From the NCBI GenBank assembly GCA_019653755.1, contig BPCL01000005.1, positions 4,071 to 68,070 on the forward strand: DNA of 64,000 nt, written 5' to 3'. Below the pieces are notes generated by a model. That model was not told where the DNA came from. It did no database searches and saw nothing but the letters and a program-made list of their open reading frames with translations. This DNA comes from Woeseia sp. (lineage in GTDB: Bacteria; Pseudomonadota; Gammaproteobacteria; Steroidobacterales; UBA11654). The position numbers and the translations under genes were made by a program. Positions 32,169 to 43,328 of the stretch are shown here, piece after piece. Every line of letters begins with the position of its first letter. Positions within the stretch are counted from its first letter, which is position 1.

Positions 32169-34369
32169 ATGAGTAATAAAAAGTATTTAACTTTACTTGC
32201 TATTATGACTTTAAGCATGAATCTAACTAATGTTTATGCAGACGGTCATGAGAGTGATGAAAATAAAGTTATTGATAATATAACTATTATTGGTGATAAA
32301 AATGTACCTGGTTCAGCAACTGTAGTTTCTGCTGAAGAGTTAGAAAATTTTGAAACATTAGATGTTCATAAAGCTCTAGCTACTGTCCCAGGTATTAATG
32401 TTAGGCCAGAAGAAGGTTATGGCTTAAGGCCGAATATAAGTATTAGAGGTACCTACCCAGATCGTTCTGGAAAAGTTACGCTAATGGAAGATGGTGTATT
32501 GATAGCCCCTGCTCCATACGCTTCATCATCCGCTTATTATTTCCCTACATTTTCAAGAATTAATTCTGTTGAAGTAGTAAAAGGAGCATCAGCAATTGAA
32601 ACTGGTCCCTATACTATGGTGGAGCGATCAATATGATCAGCACGCCTATCCCTGATGGAACGTCAGGCATGGTCAACCTTGAAACAGGATCTGATGGGAA
32701 TATGAAAGCACACTTTCACTATGGCAGTTCATCAGAGAACTTTGGATGGATGATTGAAGGTCTTGAACACAGTACAGATGGCTTTGATGATATAGAGCAC
32801 ACTGGAGGTGATTCTGGTTTTGATAAAGGCGATCTATTACTGAAGATGAGATACAACAGCGATACTGATGCCGATGTCTATCACCAGTTTGATTTTAAAT
32901 ATCAAGACTCAGATGAAGAATCAGACCAAACTTATGTGGGTCTAGCAGAAGCTGATTATCGATCAAATCCAAGATTACGTTATGGTTTTACAGATTATGA
33001 CCAAATGAATAATGAGCATGATCAGATTGTACTTAGCTACAATGTTAGAACAGGGAATTCAGAGTTTGAAGCAACCTACTATCAAAATGATTTTGCAAGA
33101 GATTGGTTTAAAACCGATAAGGTTTACTATGGAGGCGCTTCAAAAGGCATCAATAATGTTATTGATTATGCTAATGCTGGAGACGCTTTAGCAATATCAA
33201 TTCTTAGAGGAACCAATACCGTTGCTGAAAAAATTAAGCTAAAGCACAACAACAGAGTATATACCTCTGAAGGTCTTGTGCTCAAAGGAAGCTTTGATCT
33301 AGGTAATCATAAGGTAACTGTTGGCTATCGAGATACTGAAGATGATGAAGATAGATTTCAATGGTACGAATTTACCAACTGGCAATCTGGCACTCTTAGT
33401 GCACTTGTAAGCGACGCTATGGATCCTGGATATGGAAGCAATAATAGAGTTACAACTGCAGAGGCTAGTGCGTTCTTTATTAGTGATGAAATAGACATGG
33501 GTGACTTAGTGTTAACTCTTGGAATCCGTAATGAAGATTGGAAAATAGTTGAAGAAAGATTTGTAGATAGTGCTAGAACAGCAGTTAAAACTGATAGTGG
33601 CTACCCTAAAATAAAATCTGACGATAGCGAGACTGTTTTCGGTATAGGTTTCACCTATGATATGGGTAATGGTTACTCTATGATAGGCGGGTATCATGAA
33701 GGATTTACACCGACATCAGGAGGAGCTGATCCTGAATCTGCTGATAACCTAGAAATAGGTGCTCGTTATGCAGATGAGAATACATCTTTTGAAGTTATAT
33801 ACTTCAACACAGACTATGCAAATATGTTTGGTGAATGTAGAGCTTCATCTTCTGGTGTAATAGAAGGCTGTGAAATTGGTGATACCTTTAATGCTGGAGA
33901 ATCAACTATATCCGGATTAGAAGCCTCTTATGCTACAGGCTGGGAATCAGCTGCAGGAAGTCTGATGACTGCCAAATTGGTTTACACACATACTGATGCA
34001 GAATTTGACTCTACCTTTGATAGTAGTTTCTGGGGTGCTGTTGATAGAGGTATGAATATACCTAATGTACCTGAAACACAGATTGCAGTTGTGCTTGGTG
34101 CCGACTTCCAAAACGGTTGGGAAGCAGATCTAAGGGGTCTTTATTATGGCTCAACATGTTCTGTCGCAGCTTGCTCTGCAAACACAAACATTGATTCAAA
34201 CAGTATGTTGGATCTATCTGTAAAAAGAGAAATTAATGAAAAAACAGATCTTTACTTTATGGTTCTTAACCTCTTTGACTCTGAAGACATCGTTGCCAGA
34301 GCACCGAAAAATGGGATAAGAACACAAAGACCAAGATCATACAGTCTAGGAGTAAGATATAGATTTTAA
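32169..34369 (+). CDS. TonB-dependent outer-membrane receptor (iron/siderophore type), one frame break
   Basis: Signal peptide, then a plug domain (ITIIGDK..GSATVVSAEELE..DVHKALATVPGINV...RGT...VTLMEDGVLIAPAPY...VEVVKGASAIETGPYT). Break at ~32615, then GGAINMISTP... The beta-barrel ends ..YSLGVRYRF (terminal Phe). Confidence 0.85.
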
Positions 34370-34379
34370 CCCCCTAGCG

Positions 34380-34438
34380 GTAGCAGGATATTGAGCACTA
34401 ACCCTCAAAAAGACTCTCACAACAAAATATCCTGCTAC
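34380..34438. repeat. perfect 13-bp inverted repeat with a 33-nt spacer (possible terminator or protein-binding site)
   Basis: GTAGCAGGATATT (34380..34392) and AATATCCTGCTAC (34426..34438), 11 nt after the receptor stop. Followed by TCACTTTTGATTT. Confidence 0.5.
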
Positions 34439-34480
34439 TCACTTTTGATTTATATCAAAAGAAAGGTATTATTTTTTATT

Positions 34481-34499
34481 GGGAATGATTATCATTACC
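34481..34499. promoter_or_regulatory. Fur box 3 (weaker)
   Basis: GGGAATGATTATCATTACC matches the Fur consensus at 15/19 positions, about 90 nt upstream of the FTR1 permease ATG. Confidence 0.5.
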
Positions 34500-34587
34500 A
34501 ATAAGATAAGGAAAGCAAGATTAACATCCTTAACCCTCAACCCACTGTTTTTCTTGCCTTCCTTTTTATCAAATAGGAATAAAAAAT

Positions 34588-35499
34588 ATGAATGAATTCA
34601 TTATAGTCTTCCGAGAAAGTCTTGAGGCTTGTTTGATAGTCGGTATCATTTTTACGCTTCTGGAAAAAAACAACCTTAAGAATGAAATAAAACAATTGTG
34701 GCTTGGTGTAGCTGCCGCCTTAATTGCTAGCATCATCGTTGCAATAGCTCTAAATAATATCAAACAATCAATAGGCAATGCTTCGTATACTGCTCTTTTC
34801 GAAGGAATCTTTATGTTTATAACTGCAGGATTGCTTTGGTATGTAATCTTTTGGCTATCAAAACATGTCAGTGATAAAAGTGAATTAGAAAGTGAAACTA
34901 GACAAGCAATGACAGCTTCGGGTTGGGGAGTTTTTCTGGTGGTATTCTTTGCCATTCTTAGAGAGGGCTTTGAAACCGTTATATTCTTAATGGGTAGCTT
35001 CTCAATTCTAGGATCTTTCTCATATGTAGGCTTCATTTCTGGAATGGTTATCGCAATCTTAATCGGCTATTTAATTGTTATTCAAGGCAGAAGAATTAAT
35101 CTTAAAAAATTTTTCCAAGCAACTACCCTTTTACTAGCAATATTCGCCTCTGGAATGGTTGCTTATGGGACACACGAGATTGAAGAATTTTTAGTTAAAG
35201 GCAATCACTTAAATTGGGTTGGTCTAGAAGAAAAAAGCGAAATCAAAAGGGTTTGGGATATCTTAGGGAAACCCAAATCAGAATTAAGCTCTTCGGATAA
35301 TGCTTCTATGTATTCATACAATCTAAACGGGAAAGGAAAGTACACTCATCTCTTTCACGATAAAGGTAATATTGGTGTTTTCCTTAAAGGTTTCTTTGGA
35401 TACAACAGCAATCCGAATTATGTTGAATTTGTCTTCTGGTTGTTATCGCTTATCTTTGGGCTAAAGCTTTGGAGAAAATTTTATTTTCAGCCTGCCTAA
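34588..35499 (+). CDS. FTR1/EfeU-family high-affinity iron permease
   Basis: 303 aa, polytopic, with two REXXE motifs in TM helices (FRESLEACL and LREGFETVIF). Confidence 0.8.
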   Translation: MNEFIIVFRESLEACLIVGIIFTLLEKNNLKNEIKQLWLGVAAALIASIIVAIALNNIKQSIGNASYTALFEGIFMFITAGLLWYVIFWLSKHVSDKSELESETRQAMTASGWGVFLVVFFAILREGFETVIFLMGSFSILGSFSYVGFISGMVIAILIGYLIVIQGRRINLKKFFQATTLLLAIFASGMVAYGTHEIEEFLVKGNHLNWVGLEEKSEIKRVWDILGKPKSELSSSDNASMYSYNLNGKGKYTHLFHDKGNIGVFLKGFFGYNSNPNYVEFVFWLLSLIFGLKLWRKFYFQPA

Positions 35500-35502
35500 T
35501 CT

Positions 35503-35530
35503 CTTGAAAATTTAAATTCCGATCATATAT
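35503..35530 (+). promoter_or_regulatory. candidate sigma-32 (RpoH) heat-shock promoter for ibpA
   Basis: CTTGAAA (35503..35509), a 13-nt spacer, then TCATATAT. Compare the sigma-32 consensus CTTGAAA-N13-15-CCCCATNT. The -10 match is partial. Confidence 0.35.
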
Positions 35531-35594
35531 CTAGGTTGTAGATGCCAATGATGGGTCTACATTTAATTAACTTGCTTAATAAAGGAGTAAAATT

Positions 35595-36017
35595 ATGGTT
35601 AATACTATATTTGACACAGTATGGAGAGACATCTCTCCTTTCGCGGTTGGTTTTGATAGAACCTTTGATGCATTATCAATTATGGCTAATTCAAAATCAC
35701 AAAGCGTTAACTATCCACCGTATAACATCAGGAAAGTTTCTGATGAAAAATACACCATTGAACTAGCTGTTGCTGGATTTGATGAAGAGGATATTGACGT
35801 TGAAGTCGAAGGAGAAAGCCTTACGATCTCAGGAAATCGACCTGAAGATGCCTCTGAAGGTCTAGTCCATCAAGGATTAGCATCTAGAAGCTTTATAAGG
35901 AAATTTGTCTTATCCGACGACATGGAAATCAAAGGGGCTGCTTTGTCGAATGGGATGCTCTATATCGGAATGGAGCGATTTATCCCGAACATCGCAGACC
36001 TAAAAAGATATCTCTAA
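35595..36017 (+). CDS. ibpA: small heat-shock protein (Hsp20/IbpA family)
   Basis: 140 aa. ..FDRTFDAL..YPPYNIRKVSDEKYTIELAVAGFDEEDIDVEVEGESLTISG...RSFIRKFVLSDDMEIKGAALSNGML: an alpha-crystallin domain very like IbpA/IbpB. AGGAG RBS upstream. Confidence 0.85.
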   Translation: MVNTIFDTVWRDISPFAVGFDRTFDALSIMANSKSQSVNYPPYNIRKVSDEKYTIELAVAGFDEEDIDVEVEGESLTISGNRPEDASEGLVHQGLASRSFIRKFVLSDDMEIKGAALSNGMLYIGMERFIPNIADLKRYL

Positions 36018-36049
36018 CTTCGAAAAAGAAGCTATTGGGATAAATAATG

Positions 36050-36078
36050 GAAAGGGGGCTTTATGCCCCCTTTCTTAA
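36050..36078. terminator. bidirectional intrinsic terminator between ibpA and the convergent membrane-protein gene
   Basis: AAAGGGGGC - TTTAT - GCCCCCTTT hairpin, followed by a T-rich tract on either strand. Confidence 0.6.
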
Positions 36079-36084
36079 ACAATT

Positions 36085-36477
36085 CTAGAATAAGTCTCTG
36101 ATGGGTGGTGAGAGATAAGCCAAAGAAATTTTAAGGCCTGCCATCAATGATGCGACTTGCACCATGACGATTGATAAGGGCGACATAATTGTCAGCTCTG
36201 GCATTAATGAGGCGAGAATATAAAAAAGACTGATGAGAAGTATCCAAATCTCCCTTGAATGCCTCACAAAGAAGAACATCATAAAATCAGCACTAAAGGC
36301 TAAAACAGCGATAAGAAGTTGAGCATTATACAATCCGCTAAATCCATCGACAGCTAATTGGCCATAATACCCATTAACAGACTCAGGAAACGGATATGCA
36401 AAATCAAGTATCACGGCCACTATTACCATCAGAATAGGAGCCACGATTAAAAATCTAAAATAACTTATATAGTTCAT
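36085..36477 (-). CDS. hypothetical membrane protein
   Basis: 130 aa with four hydrophobic spans and no recognisable motif. It lies 10 nt downstream of the LLM gene. Confidence 0.45.
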   Translation of the reverse strand: MNYISYFRFLIVAPILMVIVAVILDFAYPFPESVNGYYGQLAVDGFSGLYNAQLLIAVLAFSADFMMFFFVRHSREIWILLISLFYILASLMPELTIMSPLSIVMVQVASLMAGLKISLAYLSPPIRDLF

Positions 36478-36487
36478 CTATCCTCTA

Positions 36488-37526
36488 CTATAAAACCTCA
36501 TTTGCTATTACTTCTATTGACTTCGCATTGACATTACCTAAAACCAAAGTGCCAATTCTTCCAGTTTTATCTAATTCTTTCCAGGCCTGAAGTCTTTCCT
36601 TAATTCTTTCAGGAGGTCCTATCAAAGCACACTCATCAACCAATGAATCTGGAACCGCCAAAGCTGCTTCTTCTTTTTTTCCGTCCAAGTATAAATCTTG
36701 TATTGTTTCAGCTGCCTCTTCGTAACCGAGACGTCTGGCGTAATCATTGTAAAAGTTTTTCGATTTTGCTCCCATTCCACCAATATAGAGAGCAAACATT
36801 GGCTTCATTGCCATGGTACAAAAATCCTTGTCTCCCATAGCCACGGGAACAAAAGGAGCCACATCAAAATTATCATAACTTTTTTCGCCATCTGCCTTTG
36901 CAAACCCTTCTTCAACATGCTGACCAATAATTTCAAATTTATCTGGATTCATCCATATTGGGAAAACTCCATCTGATACTTCGCCCGCACACCTTAAACC
37001 AGCTGGGGTAATTGATGCAGTATAAATTTTAACCTCACTAGTGCTGTGTAAAATACTTTTAAGAGGCTTTTCCTAGACCTGATGAACCCTCCCCTCTATA
37101 AGGGAATTGATAGAGTTCTCCATCATGCTCAAGAGGCCCTTCTCTAGCGATAACTTGTTTAATAACTGAAATATATTCCTTTGTTCTGGTCAAAGGCTTT
37201 CCATAAGCTTGGCCATACCAACCTTCAACTACTTGAGGTCCAGAAGGCCCAATACCTAAGAGGAACCTATTACCTGATAAGGCATTCAAAGACATAGCTG
37301 TCATAGCAACCATGGTGGGTGTTCTTGCTTGCATTTGCATAATAGCTGTACCTGCTTTTATTTTAGACGTTGAAGCCAAAACATAAGCGGCAACTGAAAC
37401 TGCATCCGACCCGTAGGATTCAGCAGCCCATACTGAGTCAAAACCAGCCTTCTCTGCGGCTAAAATATCGTCCATTGGTATTGTTAACTTTGCTGGAGAA
37501 TAACCTAATCCCATTCCTAGTTTCAT
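36488..37526 (-). CDS. luciferase-like monooxygenase (LLM) class oxidoreductase, probably F420-dependent, one frame break
   Basis: MKLGMGLGYSPAKL..AEKAGFDSVWAAESYGSDAVSVAAYVLASTSKIKAGTAIMQMQARTP..LLGIGPSGPQVVEGWYG is a typical LLM TIM barrel. Fragments 37059..37526 and 36488..36952 join through a frame that reads ..KSILHSTSEVKIYTASITPAGLRCAGEVSDGVFPIWMNP (break ~37063). Confidence 0.7.
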
Positions 37527-37703
37527 GATGCATCGATGCCTTAAATTGATTAATAAACCATTATAAGATGAAGTATTTTTATTTCAAAATAAGAACTTAA
37601 ATAAATAAATATTAAATTATTTCTTTTCTTTTCTATGATTGGTAAATCCACAGCTATACAATAGAAGACTTAAGTTCAAAAGCGAGTATCAATAAGCGTT
37701 GAG

Positions 37704-39824
37704 ATGAGCAAAGTAGACAAAAAATGGCAGAAAAAAGCAGAAGAAGAGTTAAGAGGTGAGAGCATTGATTCTCTTAACTGGGATACCCTTGAAGGCATCC
37801 AAGTTAAGCCTTTATATACATCACAAGATCTTCTTGAGCTAGAACACCTTGATAATTTACCTGGATTCTTACCGTTTCTCAGAGGCCCAAAGGCCACCAT
37901 GTATTCCAAGAGACCTTGGACAATTAGACAGTATTCGGGTTTCTCGACTGCCGAAGAATCAAACAGATTCTACCGAGATAACTTAGCCGCAGGACAGACT
38001 GGGTTATCTGTGGCTTTTGATTTAGCGACTCATAGGGGTTACGACTCCGATCACCCTAGAGTTCCAGGTGACGTTGGAAAAGCTGGGGTTGCCATTGACA
38101 GCATTGAAGACATGAAGATCTTGTTTGATCAAATTCCTTTAGATCAAATGTCAGTTTCAATGACAATGAACGGTGCTGTCATACCAATAATGGCGATGTT
38201 CATCGTCGCTGCAGAAGAGCAAGGGGTGGATAAAAATGATTTAAAAGGAACCCTCCAAAATGACATTTTGAAAGAATTCATGGTTAGAAACACCTACATC
38301 TATCCTCCAGACCACTCGATGAGGATCGTTGCTGACATCATCGCTTACTGCTCAACTCATCTGCCGCAATTTAATTCAGTATCGATCTCTGGATATCACA
38401 TGCTTGAAGCTGGAGCAACTTGTACTCAAGAGCTAGCTTACACCATAGCTGACGGACTTGAATATGTCAGAGCAGCCAAAAATCAAGGTCTCGATGTAGA
38501 CTCATTTGCACCTCGATTATCATTCTTCTTCGGTATTGGTATGAATTTCTTCATGGAAATTGCGAAATTAAGAGCTGCCAGATTCCTATGGTCTGAATTA
38601 ATCGAACAAGAATTTAAACCAAAAGACCCAAGATCCCAGATGCTTCGGACTCATTGTCAAACATCGGGAGTAAGTCTAACCAGTCAAGACCCCTACAATA
38701 ATATCATTAGAACGACTATCGAGGCGATGGCAGCTGTGCTTGGTGGGACCCAGTCTTTGCACACAAATTCATTCGATGAAGCCCTAGCCTTACCGACACC
38801 CTTCTCTGCTGAAATTGCACGTAGTACTCAATTGGTGTTAAGAGAGGAAAGTGGATTGACCAAGGTCGTGGACCCATTAGCTGGCTCGTATTATATCGAA
38901 TCACTCACTGGCTCAATCATCAATGAAGCAAGAAAACTCATTGAAGAAGTTGAGGAGCTAGGGGGCATGACAAAAGCGGTACAAGCTGGTGTTCCAAAAC
39001 TCAGAATTGAAGAATCAGCTGCTATAAGACAGGCAAGGATTGAGAAAAAAGAGGAAATTGTTGTTGGTGTGAATGATTACTTTTCATCAAAGGAACAAGA
39101 TGTTGATATCCGATCAATTGATAATGAGGATGTCAGAAATCAACAAATTACCAAGCTCGAATCAATCAAGGAATCAAGAGACGACAGCGTTTGTCAAAAA
39201 ACTCTAGAAAACATTGAATCAGTTGCAAAAAATGGTGGTAATCTTCTTGAAGCAGCTATAGATGCAGCCAAAGCTAGAGCCACAGTGGGTGAAATCTCAG
39301 AGGCAATGGAGAATGTTTTCGGAAGGCATCAAGCTGTCTCCCAATCCATCAGCGGAGTGTATCGCAAAGAATATGAAGGTGAAGATGAATTTATGGATGT
39401 CGAGAAAAAAGTAGAACAGTTTTTAAAGACCAATGGGCGAAGGCCAAGGATTCTTGTTGCCAAACTCGGGCAAGACGGTCATGACCGGGGAGCAAAAGTT
39501 ATTGCAACCGCCTTTGCTGATCTGGGTTTCGATGTCGATATTGGTCCCTTGTTTCAAACCCCTGAAGAAGCTGCTAAACAAGCAATAGAAAATGATGTTC
39601 ATATCCTCGGTGTCTCAACACAAGCAGCCGCACATAAAACCTTGGTGCCAATGCTTATAGACTGCCTAAAACAAGAAAATGCTGACAATATCTTAGTCGT
39701 TTGTGGAGGTATTATTCCAGACAATGATATACCTGAATTGGAATCTATGGGTGTGGGTGCCGTTTTTGGCCCAGGTACTAATATCTCAAAAGCGGCGCTA
39801 AAGGTTCTAGATCTAATTCAATAA
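37704..39824 (+). CDS. scpA: methylmalonyl-CoA mutase (single-polypeptide, B12-dependent)
   Basis: 706 aa. ..[50 protein letters not shown].. The C-terminal B12-binding domain has [23 protein letters not shown]. Confidence 0.9.
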   Translation: MSKVDKKWQKKAEEELRGESIDSLNWDTLEGIQVKPLYTSQDLLELEHLDNLPGFLPFLRGPKATMYSKRPWTIRQYSGFSTAEESNRFYRDNLAAGQTGLSVAFDLATHRGYDSDHPRVPGDVGKAGVAIDSIEDMKILFDQIPLDQMSVSMTMNGAVIPIMAMFIVAAEEQGVDKNDLKGTLQNDILKEFMVRNTYIYPPDHSMRIVADIIAYCSTHLPQFNSVSISGYHMLEAGATCTQELAYTIADGLEYVRAAKNQGLDVDSFAPRLSFFFGIGMNFFMEIAKLRAARFLWSELIEQEFKPKDPRSQMLRTHCQTSGVSLTSQDPYNNIIRTTIEAMAAVLGGTQSLHTNSFDEALALPTPFSAEIARSTQLVLREESGLTKVVDPLAGSYYIESLTGSIINEARKLIEEVEELGGMTKAVQAGVPKLRIEESAAIRQARIEKKEEIVVGVNDYFSSKEQDVDIRSIDNEDVRNQQITKLESIKESRDDSVCQKTLENIESVAKNGGNLLEAAIDAAKARATVGEISEAMENVFGRHQAVSQSISGVYRKEYEGEDEFMDVEKKVEQFLKTNGRRPRILVAKLGQDGHDRGAKVIATAFADLGFDVDIGPLFQTPEEAAKQAIENDVHILGVSTQAAAHKTLVPMLIDCLKQENADNILVVCGGIIPDNDIPELESMGVGAVFGPGTNISKAALKVLDLIQ

Positions 39825-39828
39825 AGTA

Positions 39829-41361
39829 ATGAAGAAAAATATAGAAGAATTAGAGAAAAGAAAACAAGCCGCTAAATTGGGTGGCGGAGAAAATCGAATA
39901 GAAAAACAACACGCTAAGGGCAAGCTCACAGCTAGGGAGCGTATTGAGATATTAATTGATGAAGGGACCTTTGAAGAATTGGACATGTTTGTAGAACATC
40001 GTGCGGTGGATTTTGGAATGGAGGAACAAAAAATTCCTGGCGATGGTGTGGTCACAGGCTACGGAAAAATTAATGGTCGGTTGGTTTATGTCTTCAGTCA
40101 AGATTTCACTGTGTTTGGTGGCTCATTATCAGAATCTCACGCTGAAAAGATATGCAAAGTTATGGACCATGCCGTTCAGAATGGAGCGCCTCTGATTGGA
40201 CTCAATGACTCTGGAGGAGCAAGAATACAAGAAGGTGTGGTTTCCTTAGGGGGCTATGCAGAGGTCTTTAAACGAAACGTTTTAGCCTCTGGGGTTGTTC
40301 CACAAGTATCATTGGTCATGGGTCCTTGTGCTGGCGGTGCGGTCTATTCTCCTGCAATGACAGACTTTATATTTATGGTTGAGGATAGCTCTTATATGTT
40401 TGTAACTGGGCCTGATGTTGTTAAAACAGTAACCCATGAAGAAGTATCAGCTGAAGAATTGGGTGGCGCTTCGACGCACAGTAAAAAATCTGGGGTCGCA
40501 GATCTTACCTTCGAAAATGACACTGAAGCTTTATTGATGACTCGAGAATTTATGAGTTATCTTCCTCAAAGTAATAGGGAAAGACCTCCGCTAATTGCAT
40601 CGCAAGACCCAGTGGATCGCCAAGAAAAATCCTTAGACACCTTAGTGCCTCAAGATCCAGCAAAGCCATATGACATCAAGGAAGTAATCCATAAGGTTGC
40701 TGATGAAGGAGAATTCTTTGAAATCCAACCCAATTATGCACAAAACATTGTTATTGGCTTTATTCGATTAGATGGATCCACCATTGGTGTTGTTGGCAAT
40801 CAACCTATGGTTTTAGCCGGCTGCTTAGATATTGACTCATCCATTAAAGGGGCACGTTTTGTGCGTTTTTGTGATGCATTTAATATTCCCCTACTCACCC
40901 TTGTTGATGTCCCAGGATTTATGCCAGGGACTTCACAAGAATACGGGGGGATTATTAAGCACGGCGCTAAACTCTTATTTGCCTACGCTGAAGCAACTGT
41001 GCCCAAGGTAACTTTGATTACCAGGAAAGCCTATGGTGGAGCCTATGATGTCATGAGTTCAAAACACATTAGAGGTGATGTTAATTTTGCGTGGCCTTCA
41101 GCTGAGATTGCAGTGATGGGGCCGAAAGGTGCTGTTGAAATTATCTTTAGAGCCGATATTGGCGATGAAGAAAAAATTGAGAAACGAACTGAAGAATATA
41201 GGGATAAATTTGCTAATCCTTTCATAGCTGCCAGTCGTGGTTTCATTGACGATATTGTTTTACCTCATCAATCAAGAGAAAAGTTGTGTCGCTCATTCGA
41301 AATGCTTAAAGATAAAGAACAAGATAATCCCTGGCGTAAGCACGACAATATTCCGCTCTAA
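39829..41361 (+). CDS. pccB: propionyl-CoA carboxylase beta subunit (carboxyltransferase)
   Basis: 510 aa. ..[20 protein letters not shown].., ..[13 protein letters not shown].., ..AYGGAYDVM..: the acyl-CoA carboxyltransferase family. Confidence 0.9.
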   Translation: MKKNIEELEKRKQAAKLGGGENRIEKQHAKGKLTARERIEILIDEGTFEELDMFVEHRAVDFGMEEQKIPGDGVVTGYGKINGRLVYVFSQDFTVFGGSLSESHAEKICKVMDHAVQNGAPLIGLNDSGGARIQEGVVSLGGYAEVFKRNVLASGVVPQVSLVMGPCAGGAVYSPAMTDFIFMVEDSSYMFVTGPDVVKTVTHEEVSAEELGGASTHSKKSGVADLTFENDTEALLMTREFMSYLPQSNRERPPLIASQDPVDRQEKSLDTLVPQDPAKPYDIKEVIHKVADEGEFFEIQPNYAQNIVIGFIRLDGSTIGVVGNQPMVLAGCLDIDSSIKGARFVRFCDAFNIPLLTLVDVPGFMPGTSQEYGGIIKHGAKLLFAYAEATVPKVTLITRKAYGGAYDVMSSKHIRGDVNFAWPSAEIAVMGPKGAVEIIFRADIGDEEKIEKRTEEYRDKFANPFIAASRGFIDDIVLPHQSREKLCRSFEMLKDKEQDNPWRKHDNIPL

Positions 41362-41364
41362 TTC

Positions 41365-43328
41365 ATGTTTAAAAAAATCCTCATTGCCAATCGTGGAGAA
41401 ATTGCTTGTCGAGTGATTAGGACTTGCAAAGAAATGGGAATAAAATCGGTCGCTGTTTATTCTGATGCCGATGAGAATTCTATGCATGCAGACCTAGCTG
41501 ATGAGTCGATATGTATTGGTGGAACAGCATCTTCAGAGAGTTATCTGGTTATTGAAAAAATTATTCAAGCTTGTATCGAATCCAAAGCCGAAGCCATTCA
41601 CCCAGGCTATGGATTCTTATCTGAGAATGAAGAGTTTGCAAAGGCTCTTGAAAAAGAAAAAATTGTTTTTATTGGTCCCGGAAAAAGGGCGATTGTCAGT
41701 ATGGGTGACAAAATTGAATCTAAAAAGATAGCAGAAAAGGCTGGGGTAAATGTCATCCCTGGTTTCACAGAAGCTATAGCTGATGCTGATCAAGCTGTTC
41801 AGGTAGCAAATGATATTGGTTATCCAGTGATGCTCAAGGCAAGCGCCGGTGGTGGCGGTAAAGGCATGCGGGTAGTTTATTCTGATAGTGAATGCAAAGA
41901 CGGATTTGAACGAGCAAAAAATGAAAGTCAAGCCAGCTTTGGAGACGATCGAATTTTTGCCGAAAAATTTATAACTGAACCTCATCATGTCGAGATACAG
42001 GTGTTAGCTGATGAGGTTGGTAATACTGTATATCTTGGGGAAAGAGAGTGCTCGATCCAAAGACGACATCAAAAGGTCATCGAAGAGTCGCCATCGCCGT
42101 TCATTAGTGATGAAACCAGAAAAAAGATGGGCGAACAGGCCGTGGCATTAGCCAAAGCAGTTAATTATAAATCTGCGGGTACAGTTGAGTTCATTGTCGA
42201 TAAAGATCAGCAATTCTACTTTCTTGAAATGAACACTCGTCTTCAGGTAGAACATCCTGTAACAGAATTGGTCACTGGGGTCGATCTGGTTGAAAAAATG
42301 ATTAGAATTGCTGCCGGCGAAGAACTAGATCTAGAACAAGATAAGATCATCTCTAAAGGCTGGGCTATAGAATCAAGGATATATGCTGAGGACCCCTACA
42401 GAGACTTTATGCCCTCAATTGGCCGGCTGACAAAATACTTAACGCCAGAATCTTCAAAGGAGGTTAGGATTGATACCGGGATTAGAGAAGGCAGCGAAGT
42501 TTCAATGTTCTATGATCCCATGATTGCAAAGCTCATTACCTATGGAAGGAATCGTAACGAAGCCATTGAAAAGATGTTAGGTGCCATCGATCAGTATGTA
42601 ATCACAGGCGTCTCTCATAATCTCAATTTTTTAAGCTCAATCATGCAAAATGAAACCTTTCAATCTGGATATACAACCACGAACTTTATAGAGGAACAAT
42701 ATCAAGATGGATTTAAAGGGGAGCAAGCAACCTCTGAAGAAAGAGAGTTAGTAGCGGCTCTCCTAACTGCTTATCATACATCCCGACTGAAACGTATGAT
42801 CTCCTATCAAGATCTTCCCAATCACTGGACAATTTCGATCCATGGTGAACAAATAGAGGTGCTTATTAAAGAATCAAAATCATCATTAATAGCTGTGATT
42901 GGGTCTAGGGAGTTTGATGTGAATCTTAATGCCCTTCCCAATGACCCAAGAGTGAGATGCGAAATTAATGATGATGAATTCATATGCAGATTATGTATAG
43001 CTCTCCAGGTTACCAATTGATCTACAGGGGTAAAATATTCAACGCCCTGGTTACCAGACAAAGAACGGCAAAGCTGAATGAATTAATGCCAGAAAAAGTG
43101 CCCTTAGACCTATCGCAGTTCTTGATATCGCCAATGCCTGGACTCCTAATGAAGGTTTGTGTTGATGAGGGTCAATCTATAAAAGCGGGGGAAGAATTAG
43201 CTATCGTTGAAGCTATGAAAATGGAAAATAGCCTTAGAGCAACTAAAGACGTTAAAATTAAATCGATATTAGCCTCAGAAGGCGCTAACCTAGCAGTGGA
43301 TCAGAAAATTCTGGAGTTTGAGGATTAA
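41365..43328 (+). CDS. pccA: propionyl-CoA carboxylase alpha subunit (biotin carboxylase + BCCP), one frame break
   Basis: MFKKILIANRGEIACRVIRTCKEMGI.., ATP-grasp GYPVMLKASAGGGGKGMR, C-terminal biotinyl motif EAMKMEN. Fragments 41365..43020 and 42984..43328. Confidence 0.9.

Noticed and set aside
35542-35766. 74-aa ORF overlapping the 5' half of ibpA in another frame.
   Set aside because: The ibpA frame has an AGGAG RBS and a full alpha-crystallin domain. The overlapping ORF has no motif and no RBS.
35975-36060. Possible frame error at the 3' end of ibpA. An alternative frame reads ..IPEHRRPKKISL.., which resembles the usual IbpA C-terminus better than ..IPNIADLKRYL.
   Set aside because: The alternative frame would extend the protein well into the terminator hairpin, and I cannot decide without ortholog alignment. 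The call was left as in the ORF track.
37527-37703. Possible cobalamin riboswitch upstream of the B12-dependent methylmalonyl-CoA mutase operon.
   Set aside because: The region is only about 175 nt, very AT-rich, and lacks anything resembling the conserved GC-rich B12 box or paired stems. It more likely holds only a promoter.
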